Source of the DNA: Octopus bimaculoides
Taxonomy: Eukaryota
NCBI RefSeq assembly: GCF_001194135.2
Contig: NC_068985.1
Location: forward strand, 68,493,143-68,548,574
Direction: 5' to 3'
DNA length: 55,432 nt
In this document: positions 1 to 13,164 of the stretch, in pieces
Layout of the letters: each line of letters starts with the position of its first letter
How positions within the stretch are numbered: the stretch's first letter is position 1
Notes under the pieces: model-generated
The model's input: the letters and a program-made list of their open reading frames with translations, nothing else
Told to the model about the DNA's origin: nothing
Database searches by the model: none
Position numbers and translations under genes: made by a program

Positions 1-10
1 TATATATACA

Positions 11-573
11 GTAACAAATATTTGCCAACCCAATGTGGCAGCCCCGTGTGGGGTGAATGTTATATCATGCTTTGTTTAGCCCCAGGATACATCGTCTTCA
101 GCTACCTATACGACATACGATGTGTTCTTATGTTTTAGAATAGGGGAGGTTAGCACCCCCACCCAGCACAGAGCAGTATCGGGACAGCCACTTTAGGTTG
201 GCAAACAATTGTTACTTAAAAGTGCTGCTACTGAATATCTCTTGCTGAGAGATTTATGAACAACAACGTTTCTATTTATTAAATCAGTTGCTGTGATTCA
301 CTTAGAATATTAAGCATATATTCGAACGGGTGTCTATCAGCATCATTTGAGCCACAGAGTTATTCTGTACCGACGAAGAGAAATATCTCCGAAACCGTAC
401 GGTCCACATATACTACTTCGTGCTGGGTGGGGGTGCTAACCTTCCATGTTCGAAAACATAAGAACACAAATCGTGTGTCGTATAGCCAGGTGGAGATGAT
501 GTCTCCTGGGGCTAAACAACAGAAGCATTCTTCTCAAACGGGACTGCCACATAAGGCTGGCAAATAATAGTTA
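11..573. repeat. Long imperfect inverted repeat (foldback/MITE-like), arms ~11-185 and ~402-573
   Basis: gtaacaaatatttgccaacccaatgtggcagcccc...cacccagcac is the reverse complement of gtgctgggtgggggtgctaacc...gggactgccacataaggctggcaaataatagttac. ~186-277 also repeats directly at ~545-634. Confidence 0.8.
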
Positions 574-639
574 CTTAAATTGCTGCGACTGAAAATCTCT
601 CGTTGATAGATTTAGGAACAACAATGTTTCTATTTATAT

Positions 640-693
<54 letters not shown>

Positions 694-1049
694 NNNNNNN
701 NNNNNNNNNNNNNNNNNNNNNNNNNNNNNNNNNNNNNNNNNNNNNNNNNNNNNNNNNNNNNNNNNNNNNNNNNNNNNNNNNNNNNNNNNNNNNNNNNNNN
801 NNNNNNNNNNNNNNNNNNNNNNNNNNNNNNNNNNNNNNNNNNNNNNNNNNNNNNNNNNNNNNNNNNNNNNNNNNNNNNNNNNNNNNNNNNNNNNNNNNNN
901 NNNNNNNNNNNNNNNNNNNNNNNNNNNNNNNNNNNNNNNNNNNNNNNNNNNNNNNNNNNNNNNNNNNNNNNNNNNNNNNNNNNNNNNNNNNNNNNNNNNN
1001 NNNNNNNNNNNNNNNNNNNNNNNNNNNNTGAAAGTTACCGGAAGGAAGC

Positions 1050-1738
1050 CATTTTTAAAAGGATATTTGACAGCCATTGGTGGATGAACATTTGGTAACT
1101 GACCAATCAACACAGCGAAGAAACACATACTTAATGGCAGGAAATTAACAAGTAATTTCAAACGATAAATTGATGTACCGAAATTGCGACAGCCGTTGAT
1201 GCGCGACTGCATACATTTTGAAACGCCGGAAGTGAATTGACTAGTCGCGAGACAGGCTGTGGGTTTTGCATGTTTTCTAATTTGAAAGCAAGTAGTTCTA
1301 CTTGATCTCCTTAGACTTCAACGTTAAAAATGAAATTATTTATTTTTTTTAATTAAACAGCACTGTAAATATAAGCATGCACAATACATTTTCTCTTTCT
1401 TCTTCTCACACACGTTCTCTCTCTCTTAATATATATCCCATGCACACATATATACATATGTGTGTGTGTGTTTGTGTGTGTATGTACTTGTATGCATGCG
1501 CGTGTATGCTATTATATGTACATATACATATGCATACATTTACATATACATACAAGTGTGTAATATTAGCTAACTCTTATACAGAATTTACTTTTATCAA
1601 TTCTCGGCTATGATAACTTATAATCGGAATATTCACTTTTATCATTCAATGATGTTGTCTGTACACACATGCTATGTAGGCATCACCTGTGCATATGTTC
1701 ATGTTTCGAAGTATGTGGAAGCCTGTTTGTTTATTTGT

Positions 1739-1827
<89 letters not shown>

Positions 1828-2540
1828 TGCCTGTGCATGTGTATCTGTGTATTTGCATGTGTTGAGAAAACCATTATGCTTAAAATTTTATTTCAGCCTA
1901 GTCTACATAGCTATAACTTGTTTAAAATGTATTTAAAGTACTTTGTCATTCACTAATGCGTGCAAATAGATAATTTGTGGTCAACTGGCTGGAAGGTGAC
2001 AACAATGTATTCAGAAAAAGAAGCACAAAATTAATGCGCAATTTCCTCCTTTTAGCAATGGTGATATATAGGAATGCTTTTCTTTGATAGCATAGACAAT
2101 ACATACATAATGATTTTAACATAAATTGGCGATCTTAAATTTGAATCGAAATGTTCCTCGTAGTATTTGTCTAGTACTCATGTTATCCAGCAAGGGCGAA
2201 TGAAATACAAAGTGAACGCTGGTCTGATTTGAATTTAGTATGTAATGTAATATATATGAACTCAGTAAGATGTTAAACCTGAGATTTTAACCAACTACGT
2301 TTAAGATAACTATATTGGTGTTTTTATTTATTTTATGGCATGTGTACTAAAACTATTTAAATTCCTAACGTGATGTATGATGTAGATATGATACTTTTCT
2401 TGTATATTATTTCGGTAAACTTATAAAAATTTTGGTGCCGGTACTAATTGCGAGATATTAATTTTTTTATAAACTATGAACTTAGTTTGACAACCAGTTA
2501 GCTAATCAACAATAGTTATAAACAAGGTGTGAAAAGTGGG
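1050..2540 (-). pseudogene. TLR-like relic, unit 0, C-terminal part (LRR remnants plus weak TIR-like remnant)
   Basis: Hand translation: LLDNMSTRQILRGTFRFKFKIANLC*N (~2193-2113, LRR-like). Weak TIR-like SYQMFIHQWLSNILLKMA near 1050-1100. Interrupted by microsatellites at ~1380-1860. Confidence 0.35.
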
Positions 2541-2559
2541 CAGCACTATAATGGTATAA

Positions 2560-2800
2560 CAATAAGTTGAGGCCGAAAAAAATCCACAGTGGATACTCTC
2601 ATCTGCCTTTCACACCACCCTGATGTCTAAGCTTCGGCAGCTTGAAACATTAACGAGCCGACTGAACGTGATCGACGCTCACTCAGAATTGTTCCTGTTA
2701 AGGAATTGCTTCGCTATGCTGAAGCTACTGCATTCCTTTCGCAGCGACCCTTGCTATAACGACATATCTCTCCTCACAGATCTGACTGTCTGCTAAAGCG
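2560..2800 (+). mobile_element. CRE-clade-like non-LTR retrotransposon fragment (region after RT)
   Basis: Translates to SKLRQLETLTSRLNVIDAHSELFLLRNCFAMLKLLHSFRSDPCY, resembling the RL..H.A..LLR.C...PKL...LR..P motif of CRE-type elements. Confidence 0.45.
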
Positions 2801-2959
2801 ATATGCAACGTTCAGTTTGACGACACTGGCTGGCTACAAGCCACCTAACCCATCAAATATGGCGGTTTCGGCCTTAGTCTTCGGTCTCACCGGCTCTGCC
2901 AGTTTTCACTCGTGGGCACCACATGCCATGTCTTCATCAGTAAAAAAAACTCCGACATC

Positions 2960-5860
2960 AGAAGAGAATAACCGAGAGAAAAACAATGAACAAAAGATTT
3001 AACAGAAACCAGGCAGCAGTATACAGAGACATGCGAGGACGAATTCCAACCACGTCTCGTGGTTTGCTACCCCAACAGCTCCTTTATAGGATCCAGTGGC
3101 TAAAACATCATCAGGAGGAACCAAGTCCGGTTTCGGCCACCATGAAAGGAGGAGCAATAAATAACACGAAAGCTCCTTCTGGAGGAACATCTGGGGAGAA
3201 GAAAAGGAATTTAACCAAGACATACAACATTGATGGTGAAACTCTTGAAACTGGGATCAAGAAACTGCAGGATGGAAAAGCACCTGGAAGAGACTTGATT
3301 GTTGGATAGTGGTACAAGAAGTTAACCGTCTACCGACCTTACCTTATCAACCAGCACCAGCAAGTTTTTATTGGAAAAAAACCCCATCATACTACACTGG
3401 CTAGCTCTGACAGAGAAAATATTGATCCCCAAAGGTAGAACCACCCACATGGCAAAACATTACCGGCTAATAGCATGTCAGAACTTAATATATAAGATAT
3501 ACACAGCATGTTTAAAGCTTTTCCTCCGGGACCATTGTGAAACCAAAAACATTATTACAGCAGAACAAGCAGCTTTGAAGAAGGGAGTCTGGGGATATGC
3601 GAGCATTTGCTAATAACCAAAACTGTGATGTCAGAGGTGCGATAGCATAGGAGGAACCTAGTTTCAATGTGGCTAGATTGCAAGAAAGCCTTTGACTCTG
3701 TTCCCCACATATGGATGCTAGAAGCCCTTCAAGTTGCTAAAGTTCCAGTGAGAATAGTCAAAGCCATAGCTAACCTGGCTTGATTGTGGACCATCATCTT
3801 GAAATTAAAACAGAGAGTGACTGTATTACGACCTATTGAATACAATATCGCAAAGGCATATTCCAAGGAGGCAGTATCGCTGTGATGTTGTTTATACTTT
3901 CTGTAAGCCCCTTGTCATTCAGGTAAAGGAAGACTGAAGGATATCTCACTGGTTCACAAAGAAATAGAAATACCAAGATTACACAGTTTCTTTGTGGATG
4001 ACTTAAAAACTTTATGCAAAGAATATGCATGATATGAAAAAGAGCCTTGACCTAGTTACAACATTTTCAAAAGATGTAGGGTTGGAGTTTGGTCAGGGTA
4101 AATGTTATTATATGATTTTGAAAAGGAGGGGGGGGACTATAAACAAGACTAGTAGCATCTCCGTCAATGATTTGACTGTTTCCCCTGTATCTGACGAGGA
4201 ATGTTACATGTATCTAGGAGTGGATGAAAATATATATTACAATGACACCTGTAACAAAACACATGTCATTAAAGAATATTACACCTGAATAATGAAAATT
4301 TGGACCTCAGAACTCTCTGTATTCAATAAAACAGTGGCTCACAATGTGTTTGCAGTGTCAGTATTCATACCAACATTTCGCCTGCTTGATTGGACGCTTG
4401 ATGAGATCTGAGTCATTGATGTGAAAACCCGAAAAATACTAACAAGCACACATAATATCCACATAAACAGTGATGTAGATGTAGACCGCCTCTACTTAAA
4501 AGTTGAACAAGATGGCAGAGGTTTAACATTGATCCAAAATGCCTTTGAATGTCGCATCCTATTCCTTCGGCAACAACTTTTAATCACGAAGCGTCGAAGT
4601 GCATACGTTGATCAAGTTTGCATACATGATAACATCAAAAGACATAAGGCATGCAGCTCCTTGAGTAACACTCTTTGTCTGATAAACTAGAATGCATGCC
4701 CAAAATGTCGCACGACCCTATCGCAACATATCAGATGAAAGTATGAACCTATATGAGTAGAAGACTATACATGTGTATGTTAGTAGAAAGTACATGATGC
4801 TAGTAACATTGATCATCAAATCAGTTTATCATGGACGAATAGCCAGATTATCACCTCTGACTTTGAAGCGTATGTGTTTGCAATCCAGGAACAAGAAATA
4901 TCAACCAGGTAGCTGATGCACAAATGGGATAGAGTTGCAGGAAAAGCCGTAAAAATGTGACAACCGATGCAGATTTTGTAGAGTTCACACTGAAGATATC
5001 ACCCACATCATAAGCAGTTGTCGAACAATCTCATCACGGTATTATCTAATGATGAAACATGATGTTTCAGCTAGGGCTATCGGAAGGATAATCCCGAGGA
5101 CAAATAAATAAAAACCCACAATATGGTAGAAGCCAGAGCCACTCATAATGAAAAGGGATACTGATGGAATTTACCAGTGAAGACCTCAATACAATGTAAG
5201 CACAACAGATCTGATATAATGATCATAATGAGATTAAGGCGGCGAGCTGGCAGAAACGTTAGCACGCCGGGCAAAATACTTAGCGGTATTTCGTCTGCCG
5301 TTACGTTCTGAGTTCAAATTTCGCCGAGTTCGACTTTGCCTTTCATCCTTTCGAGATTGATAAATTAAGTACCAGTTACGCACTAGGGTCGATGTAATCG
5401 ACTTAATCCACTTGTCTGTCCTTGTTTGTGCATTCTATGTTTAGCCTCTTGTGGGCAATAATGATTTGGGAAACAGAAGAGAAACTGTGCACACTTTTGG
5501 AAATTAGCTCTCCAGCGGATGTTAACAAAAAAACTGAAAATCATTGAAAAACAGAGAACACCTAAGCTGAACTACTATGGAGAAATCTGCAGTTACTCTA
5601 TACACATTGCAAGTTCAGATTTATAACTGTAATTATTGGGGCCATCGGATATGTAACACGCTGCATAAATACCAATCTTGAGAAATTAGTCTTTTCAAAA
5701 CCAGAAAGGAGGAAACTAATTTGAAGTCTAATCCATCATAGGAACTGTAAAAATCTGTAAAAATTTCCAGAAGTTTATCATTTAAATATATATACGCATG
5801 ACTAGATATGTAACTCTATGCATTGGAATACAAATCTGCACATACATACATACATACATA
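2960..5860 (+). mobile_element. Decayed R4/Dong-clade non-LTR retrotransposon (RT, CCHC, restriction-like endonuclease) with (TACA)n tail
   Basis: Frameshifted pieces: KAPGRDLIVG, LIPKG..YRLIACQNLIYK, WLDCKKAFDSVPH, GIFQGGS, F.DDLK, GLEFG..KC, YMYLG, DRLYLK..GRGL, CRFC..EDITHIISSC, RSDIMIW..EISSPAD. 3' end runs into (TACA)n. Confidence 0.85.
5236..5460 (+). mobile_element. tRNA-related SINE family A, inserted in the endonuclease region of the R4 element
   Basis: ggcggcgagctggcagaaacgttagcacgccgggc...gactttgcctttcatcc...taagtaccag. Homologous copies at 31082 and 35245. LINE sequence resumes at ataatgat (possible TSD). Confidence 0.85.
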
Positions 5861-5988
5861 CAAAGAAAAATTCTCTGTTGTTGGTGTTGAAATTCCAATA
5901 AAGAAATCTCGGATCTAGTTTAGAAACTGAATCTTTCTCTATTGGCAAGAAATATTTAAATAAACTGAATAATAACATACATAGATAC

Positions 5989-6019
<31 letters not shown>

Positions 6020-6063
6020 CATACATGCATGCATACATACATACATTGTAAACACATTACACT

Positions 6064-6490
6064 TAATATAATGATCTGGGATAGAGAAAAGAAACTGTGT
6101 ACAGTTGTGAAAATCAGGTTTCCAGCGGATGTTAATAGAAAGCTGAAGATCAGTGAAAAAGAGAATGCCTACGCTGAACTGTTAAGAAATCTGCAGTTAC
6201 TCTATCCAGTCCAGATGACTACTTCAGGCTTATACTCGTAATTGATGGGGTACTGGGATATATAACACACTACCTCAATAGCAATCTTGAGAAATTAAGC
6301 TTCTCAAAACCAGAAAGGTGATTCGAAGACTACAGATCCAAGGCATCATTGGAACTGTAAGAATGTGTAAAACTCTCCAGAAGTTTATCATTTAAGTATA
6401 TTTGAGCATGTCTGGATATGAAAGTATATTCGTGAGTGGCATAAATAAAACAAAGCATACAAATCTGCACGTATACATACATACAGAAAT
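6064..6490 (+). mobile_element. Second, diverged, 5'-truncated R4-type 3' end
   Basis: NIMIWDREKKLCTVVKIRFPADVNRK..LLRNLQLLY parallels 5460-5850. Preceded by (TACA)n and ends acaaatctgcacgtatacatac. Confidence 0.8.
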
Positions 6491-6625
6491 ACATAGCTAG
6501 TGAGATACATATATGCATACAGAGAAACATGCATACATACACACACACACGCACATGCACACACCTATACATACACACACACATACACACACACACACGC
6601 ACACACACACATATATAGATTGATT

Positions 6626-6700
<75 letters not shown>

Positions 6701-6880
6701 GAACAAGTAGAAAGACATATTTTTTCAACATGTAAATACCGAACAGTATATATGAAGGAAAAAATCCATTTGAGATCAGAAATATTTGCCGGCAAATTTT
6801 TCTGCTCTTAATAGGAATTTATCCTTTATATGTACTATTCAGTATTTACGTGTTGAAAAAATATCTCTCTCTACTTGTTC
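6701..6880. repeat. 180-bp imperfect palindrome centred on GCC|GGC (6790/6791)
   Basis: gaacaagtag (6701) and ctacttgttc (6880) are equidistant from the centre. The ORF track gives near-identical peptides on both strands (MPANISDLK.. and MPANFSALN..). Confidence 0.85.
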
Positions 6881-6936
6881 TACAATACATTTCAACGCCT
6901 CAAAAACAAACTTATGTTTGTTTACATGTGATGTAT

Positions 6937-6968
<32 letters not shown>

Positions 6969-7319
6969 TGTATGTATGTATGTATGTATGTATGCATGTA
7001 TTTTTGTATTTATGTATGTATGTATGTATGTATGTGTGCATGTATCTGTGTATGTATGTATGTATATATGTATATATATGTATATGTATATCTATATCTA
7101 TATATATAGTACATGCGCCTATATGTATATACTCATCCACCCTCGCTTGAAACACACACAGGCTCACCCACTCCCTCCCCTCACTTAGCAGTCGTTCTAT
7201 TAGGTCTTGTCTTAATAACGGTCACCACGCAGTAATTTCCCTTTGTTGAACGGTCATTTTCAAAGCAATTTTCAATGGCCAGATAACTGAAAAGAGGGTG
7301 GCGTAGGTTNNNNNNNNNN

Positions 7320-7720
7320 GTAAACAAACAAACGAAGTTTGCTTTTAGAAGCATTGAGATGTCTTACAAAGTTAAAGAAGGGATTTTTAAATTCTCTAAC
7401 GCAGGATAATGCTAATAATATAGCCTGAACAGGATAAACTATCCCTATTTTGCAAAAATTATCTACACACATTATTATGGACCGCTCCCAAAACAGCTGT
7501 TGGATACTTTTCCTTAAATTCTTAAATTCTCTATATCATTTGTATTCTCTGTACATCGGACAATTTTATATGTATACCTATACTCATCTTTTTTGTATTT
7601 CATGCCTTTAATATACTTTATACATTGATCTGTCTAACTTGCTGATCCGAACATTTACTTCTGTATCCGCTCAAGTTTAAAACTCTTGAGCATAATTAAG
7701 TGGTTTCTAAACGGAATATA
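7320..7720 (-). mobile_element. CR1/L2-like LINE 3' fragment
   Basis: KLERIQK-like motif and a degenerate MYK..KG motif on the minus strand. Confidence 0.35.
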
Positions 7721-7939
7721 TCTGGATCTCATATATGAAATGTATTTATATTTATATGTACATGTACACATACATTCACACACATATGTATATATTCATG
7801 TATTGCATATATACGCACCCATACATAAAGATGCAGGAAGGTTGAGGAAGGAAATCATTTAAAGGGATGTCAAACATCCAAATCCGCCGGTACAGTACAA
7901 GTAAAGAAAATATATAAAAAATATATAATCAGTATTTCC

Positions 7940-8460
7940 AAAAACAATAAATGAAGAGTAAGGAAAGGAAACAATTGTAGGTATAGACGATCTTTAATTC
8001 ATAATCCAAGTTGGTACAGATCCAATATAAATTCTACATGTTGTTACGGAGTCTAAATAATTCCAAAGACAAAAACGAAAAACTCCTCTGGAAATAAAAA
8101 TTAGATTCTTCGTCAGGAATTACATATTGGTATGAATAATTACGATCAACAAAAATATACATACAAAGACCTTTCATAGCCCAGACGGGAACGAAAACAA
8201 AACAATAGAATTAAAGATTATTAGAATGCTAGACAATTGAAGACAAGAAAATATGTATATATAAAAACCACTCCAGCGTTTTATTAACATTACAATTCTC
8301 GATATGTAACGACAGATAAATTTAATGAAACAAAAATTAACTACAAAAATAATAGGGTTCCATAAAGTATAGGGTTGTCTAATTAAGAAATTAAAGATTA
8401 ATAACTACAAACCAATATATTATCTATTAAAAGGCAATAAATGTCCTAGTTCAAAGTTAA
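7940..8460 (+). mobile_element. RTE-clade LINE AP-endonuclease fragment
   Basis: IVGIDDL*FIIQVGTD ... RFFVRNYILV*IITINKNIHTKTFHSPDGNENKTIE matches the RTE-type GDFNAKVG ... TW.SPDG..N.ID pattern. Confidence 0.5.
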
Positions 8461-8573
8461 TATTATTGACTTTGAATTATTAAAATAATTTATTTTCTAC
8501 CTTTCTTATTTGCCTTATACATATCTACTCGTGTTTCACTTTTCAACCTTTATACACGCACACATAGATAGAT

Positions 8574-8609
<36 letters not shown>

Positions 8610-8699
8610 TATATACATATGTATACATATATGTGTGTATGTGTTTGCGCGCGCGCATCATAATAATAGGCAATATACCTATGTTGAGGTCGGCATTTG

Positions 8700-9260
8700 T
8701 AGAACAAGTATATTGTATTAATTAAGAATCAGCTAACAACAAACTTTGTCTCAAATAATATTCAATGTGAAATAGAAATAAAAATAAGCTGTTTTATATA
8801 CAAGGAATGTTGATGACTAAATATCAGAACACTACTACATTTGTATTAATGTCTCTTCGCTATTGATTAATAAATCACAAGAACGAGATAATTTTGTTTA
8901 ATAAACAATGTTGTCGATTGTACAATGAAATTTTAAGAATGTCGATTGGGAGTGCATGATTTTTATCCTAACTGAATCGATTGTATTATTTATTTTAATG
9001 AAGTGCGCTAAATTAAATTCAGTTTCTATACTGAATCGATTCTTTAAAATGATAAAAATATAAAATATTGATGGCTGTCTAAAGTTCAGGAAGGAGATAT
9101 ATTGGTTTTTCAATGAACACAAGTTAAAAGATTTAATTGTCTCTCTCCCTAAACTAAAAGCGAAAATAAAACTATACAATCATTGGTGATGCAAAACATC
9201 TGTTTCCTTTACTGTAACATTCCTTAGAGCAACAGATGTGGTTCTTTGAAAATGACATCA
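8700..9260 (-). pseudogene. TLR-like relic, unit 0, N-terminal part (LRRNT plus LRRs)
   Basis: ICCSKECYSKGNRC (from 9237). ORF 8898..9179 contains NLCSLKNQYISFL and FIKINNTIDSV (LxLxxNxI-like). Confidence 0.45.
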
Positions 9261-9302
9261 AAAATTTAAAGAGTAAAGGAGAAAAGAAAAGAAAAAAAAA
9301 TA

Positions 9303-11990
9303 AATTACAGTTTTAGACAGGCATGTAATTTTCTGTGAACCACAAGTTCCTTGTGACTATTCATTATTTTCTTGACCAGAAATTTTCATCACCTGCAAAT
9401 AGAAGGGGCTGCGTTAAGGCGTTTCGAGTACGAATGGGGAGCTTCTAAAATGAAAATGATCCTGACATAATGGTTTTTTGAGTGATACTGTAAAAATGAA
9501 AGGAAAATTTTCCAGTAGGAATTGTTGCGTGGAAAGAATGACATAGCAGCACAAGGTGTTTGGCACATTGGTTAAACAGCGTACGGCATTTCGAAATTGG
9601 ATTTGGAAAAAGCCAATTAACTACACAAGAATAATAAATGTAGAAAACATGTGTGTCAAGAATTCAAAACAGACTGGATTACTAGCTGTCTTCTTCCTAA
9701 TAAATGCTTAGTGACAGATTTAATACATTCGATATGTTTCAGCTTCGCTAATTTCTATGTCTAAACACATGCAAATGTTCGGTTTCGACTCAATTCATCG
9801 GTCTGGAAAATTAACAAAATGTTTTTCGGATATACTTCTGGTATTGTATATAAAGTATTTTCTTCTCTTACAGGTAACCAGAATTGTTACGTTCACCGCA
9901 TAAAAACGAACAGTTAAACATACGCTATTGTGTAGAGAAAAGAGTTGAATTTTTGCGTACAAAATATTTTGGTTGAACTTAAATAACTGTTTTTCACATT
10001 ACACATCACATGTCACTGGTATCAATTTAAAACTATTTCAGCAATAATCTCCACTGCCAATAGGATTTCCTGCAAATGTGAGATTGATACGGAATACTTT
10101 GTAAATATAGTGTTCACTGTATCTATAAGTACCACATATATGTAAATTACTTTCATATAGATCATGTTCTATACACATAATATTTCGCATATATACTGAA
10201 ATGCGATAAAATATTCTGGCTTTATATTTACTAATATTTTTGTGCTTTATTTTTCGAATATGAATAGTCTGGTTTCCTTTTTCTTGGAGAAAGGGATATC
10301 ATTGCAGTACATACATATATTGTTTACGAGATTTTGCAAGAGACTGGACATCACATAAATTTCAAAGAATATCCAAATTTTGTCTTTCTAGAGAAGTATC
10401 GTTTATTTCAAACGACTGATTACTAAAGAAGATATTACACTCCATTCTATATATTTTTGTTCCAAATATGCAATATCCATAACATGCAATAAAATATCCA
10501 CTGATATCTATATTATAAGGAGAAAGCTTCATATTGATTAGGTATAAAACAGTTACTAAAAGAAAGTAATTTTTAATGGCTTGACCACTGGAAATTTTTA
10601 ATGATTTCATGTTCCAAGACATTTCGTGTAAATTCGATTTTTGAAGGTTATTGAATATTTGAGCAACAAGTTTTTCACAAATATAAATATTCGTTGCATT
10701 CACTGCGGAGTAGATTCAATAAACAATATTAATTCATTGCAGGCGAAATTTTCCGCTTTCATTTACATCAGTTCCTCAATCCCTGTCGCCTCTATTTTCA
10801 TTGAATGATAATTAACATATATTCATGTCAATGTTTTCATTTCAAGGTTTAATTCGCTGTTTGCAAAACCCACTATTTATTATATATACGTAATGTAAAA
10901 TATATATANNNNNNNNNNNNNNNNNNNNNNNNNNNNNNNNNNNNNNNNNNNNNNNNNNNNNNNNNNNNNNNNNNNNNNNNNNNNNNNNNNNNNNNNNNNN
11001 NNNNNNNNNNNNNNNNNNNNNNNNNNNNNNNNNNNNNNNNNNNNNNNNNNNNNNNNNNNNNNNNNNNNNNNNNNNNNNNNNNNNNNNNNNNNNNNNNNNN
11101 NNNNNNNNNNNNNNNNNNNNNNNNNNNNNNNNNNNNNNNNNNNNNNNNNNNNNNNNNNNNNNNNNNNNNNNNNNNNNNNNNNNNNNNNNNNNNNNNNNNN
11201 NNNNNNNNNNNNNNNNNNNNNNNNNNNNNNNNNNNNNNNNNNTTACTTTCTGTATTTTCTTTTATTATTGAATATTTCAAGTTCACAAATTTAAATATTC
11301 GGTACAACATAGCTTTTAACGAGCTTTTATTTATGTGATTTTTTAAATTTCATATTTATTTCATTTATTGTTTGCAATGTTCACACTCCTCCCTCTCTCA
11401 CTCTCTCTCGCACACACACACAGACACACTCTTTCTCTAATTTAACACACACACACACACTGTCTCTGTAATATAAACACACACAGACACTCCAGATTTG
11501 ATTTCGTTATTACACAAATATCATGTTAGAAGTTTGAAATTCAACATGGGGCGTCCAAAAGAATGCGCGACTGAAAATATGAATGAGAAAATATTATCAA
11601 GTGGCCAGCAGAAAACTGCCCGGAGGGCGGTCCTTCTGCTAGTACCATTTAAAGTATGTTACTTGCCAGAAATAGACCAAATAGTAATTAAAAATCTCCA
11701 TCATCTATGATATTTGTACATACTTGTTATGCATTGTCACAAGCTGTACAGGTTTAGATACGAGTGTCATCTGAAATAGATTGAATAAAATATAATTTTA
11801 CAGTGTCGTAGATGGGTGAAGTTCTATCAATCTCATGACTGATTGCATGGACATTGAAGCATGAAGCTGTAATGTGGGATTTCGAAACGTAAATTTTCCT
11901 CATTAAATACAAAGTATTACTATTAACAGACGCTGACATTGCAGTATCAGAATTTGAACAAAATGAATATATATAGAGGTAAATGAAACG
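9303..11990 (-). pseudogene. TLR-like relic, unit 1 (LRR-LRRCT-TM-TIR)
   Basis: NIIDDGDF*LLFGLFLASNIL (~11713), KLLT*YLCNNEIKS (~11535), FAGNPIG..DYC (GNP 10070-10062), TM SVCLTVRFYAVNVTILVTCKRRKY (~9925-9855), TIR-like HLLGRRQLVIQSVLNS..SNFEM..IIFILE..GDENFWSRK (FW 9383-9378). Many stops and frameshifts; gap and microsatellite at ~10900-11490. Confidence 0.7.
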
Positions 11991-12009
11991 CTGACTCTGG
12001 ACTAGATGG

Positions 12010-13130
12010 CAGAATTTTCCTGTGAAACCAGAAACAGAAACTCAAACCTTTTCTAAATCGTAAAAGGTCATCATTTGTGACGGACGGTCTGAAATATCTA
12101 TAAACATTTTGGATTCTGACTAGTTATATTTCTTCCTATAGATGTCACATACAGTCTCTATAGTATATATTGTGAAGCAATACACCACCCAGTATTATGT
12201 CATCTGAAAATAGCTCTAAACAGATAAGAATATATATCAACGTTGCCAGTCTGCGTCTGCCCAAGAAGTTTCAACTACTTAAACGAAATTTTATTTGTAC
12301 TGGTACAAACATCCATCTACTTCGGAAAATGGCAGTGGGAAAACCTAATATAAGTTTAGTATTTCATATTACTTGATTGCAGTAAAAGAGATAATGTTCA
12401 ATGAAACCATCAAATGACACAATATTATATAGTTAATGCCGAATGATGGATATTTTGAGACAGCCAGTGACAAAATTAGACTGATTTAGTTTTGTGATTA
12501 TTAGATTAACTGGATTTAAAGTGTGTATTCAACCGCTTATTTCTAATAATGTAGATTCCTTCTATAAAGGTATAAACAGGTTATGCATACGGATAAAGAT
12601 ATTTGCATCACAGAAAATATTAACAATTTTTGTAGAATTTCTAAAATATAAGCATTTACATTTCGATCATATATTCCTTTACATTTGTTATTAAAAAAGA
12701 AAATTCAAAACACGCCAACGAATGAGTTAAATCTAAAAATGCGAAATAAAAATGAGGAAAATGAGATCGCAACTTCGTGAAATCATTTACAATAAAATGT
12801 ATATATCTATATGTGTTTTCTCAGCTTAACTCTTTTATATTGAGAGGATTGATTTGTCGTAAGAGAACGCTTCAGTACGTTGCAGAATATGTGATACGCA
12901 GTGTGAATGTGTTGACTTTTCAAAGGTATGCATCACGTAAGAAGAATAATGGTGATTTCGAAGGAAGGTACAGATTCTACAAATCTTTAAAGTACACCTA
13001 TAATAGACATAATTGCCATTCCCGAAGAACATTGCACACATGTAAGGTTTGGGCTGTTTCGATAGTATGTAATTATAAGGTAGTCAATAACAGTGTATAA
13101 AGTTATCGCAACTATTCAATATCGGAAGAT
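12010..13130 (-). pseudogene. Short TLR-like relic, unit 2
   Basis: IVNDFTKLRS..FLDLTHSL (~12793, LRR-like). TIR-like FRAIFR*HNTGWCIASQY (~12220) and FWFHRKIL (~12035). Confidence 0.4.
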
Positions 13131-13164
13131 CTAATGAAATACAACAGTAACATATATGATATAT

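Noticed and set aside
8160-8210. FIAQTG resembling a GIY-YIG (Penelope) YIGQT motif
   Set aside because: Another frame gives a longer, better match to RTE AP endonuclease (TFHSPDG)
9860-9880. Polypyrimidine-AG (tttcttctcttacag) suggesting a plus-strand exon
   Set aside because: No open exon with a donor follows, and the region is better explained as the TM/juxtamembrane part of the minus-strand TLR relic
12777-13100. 107-aa plus-strand ORF
   Set aside because: No recognisable motif; it lies antisense to LRR-like remnants
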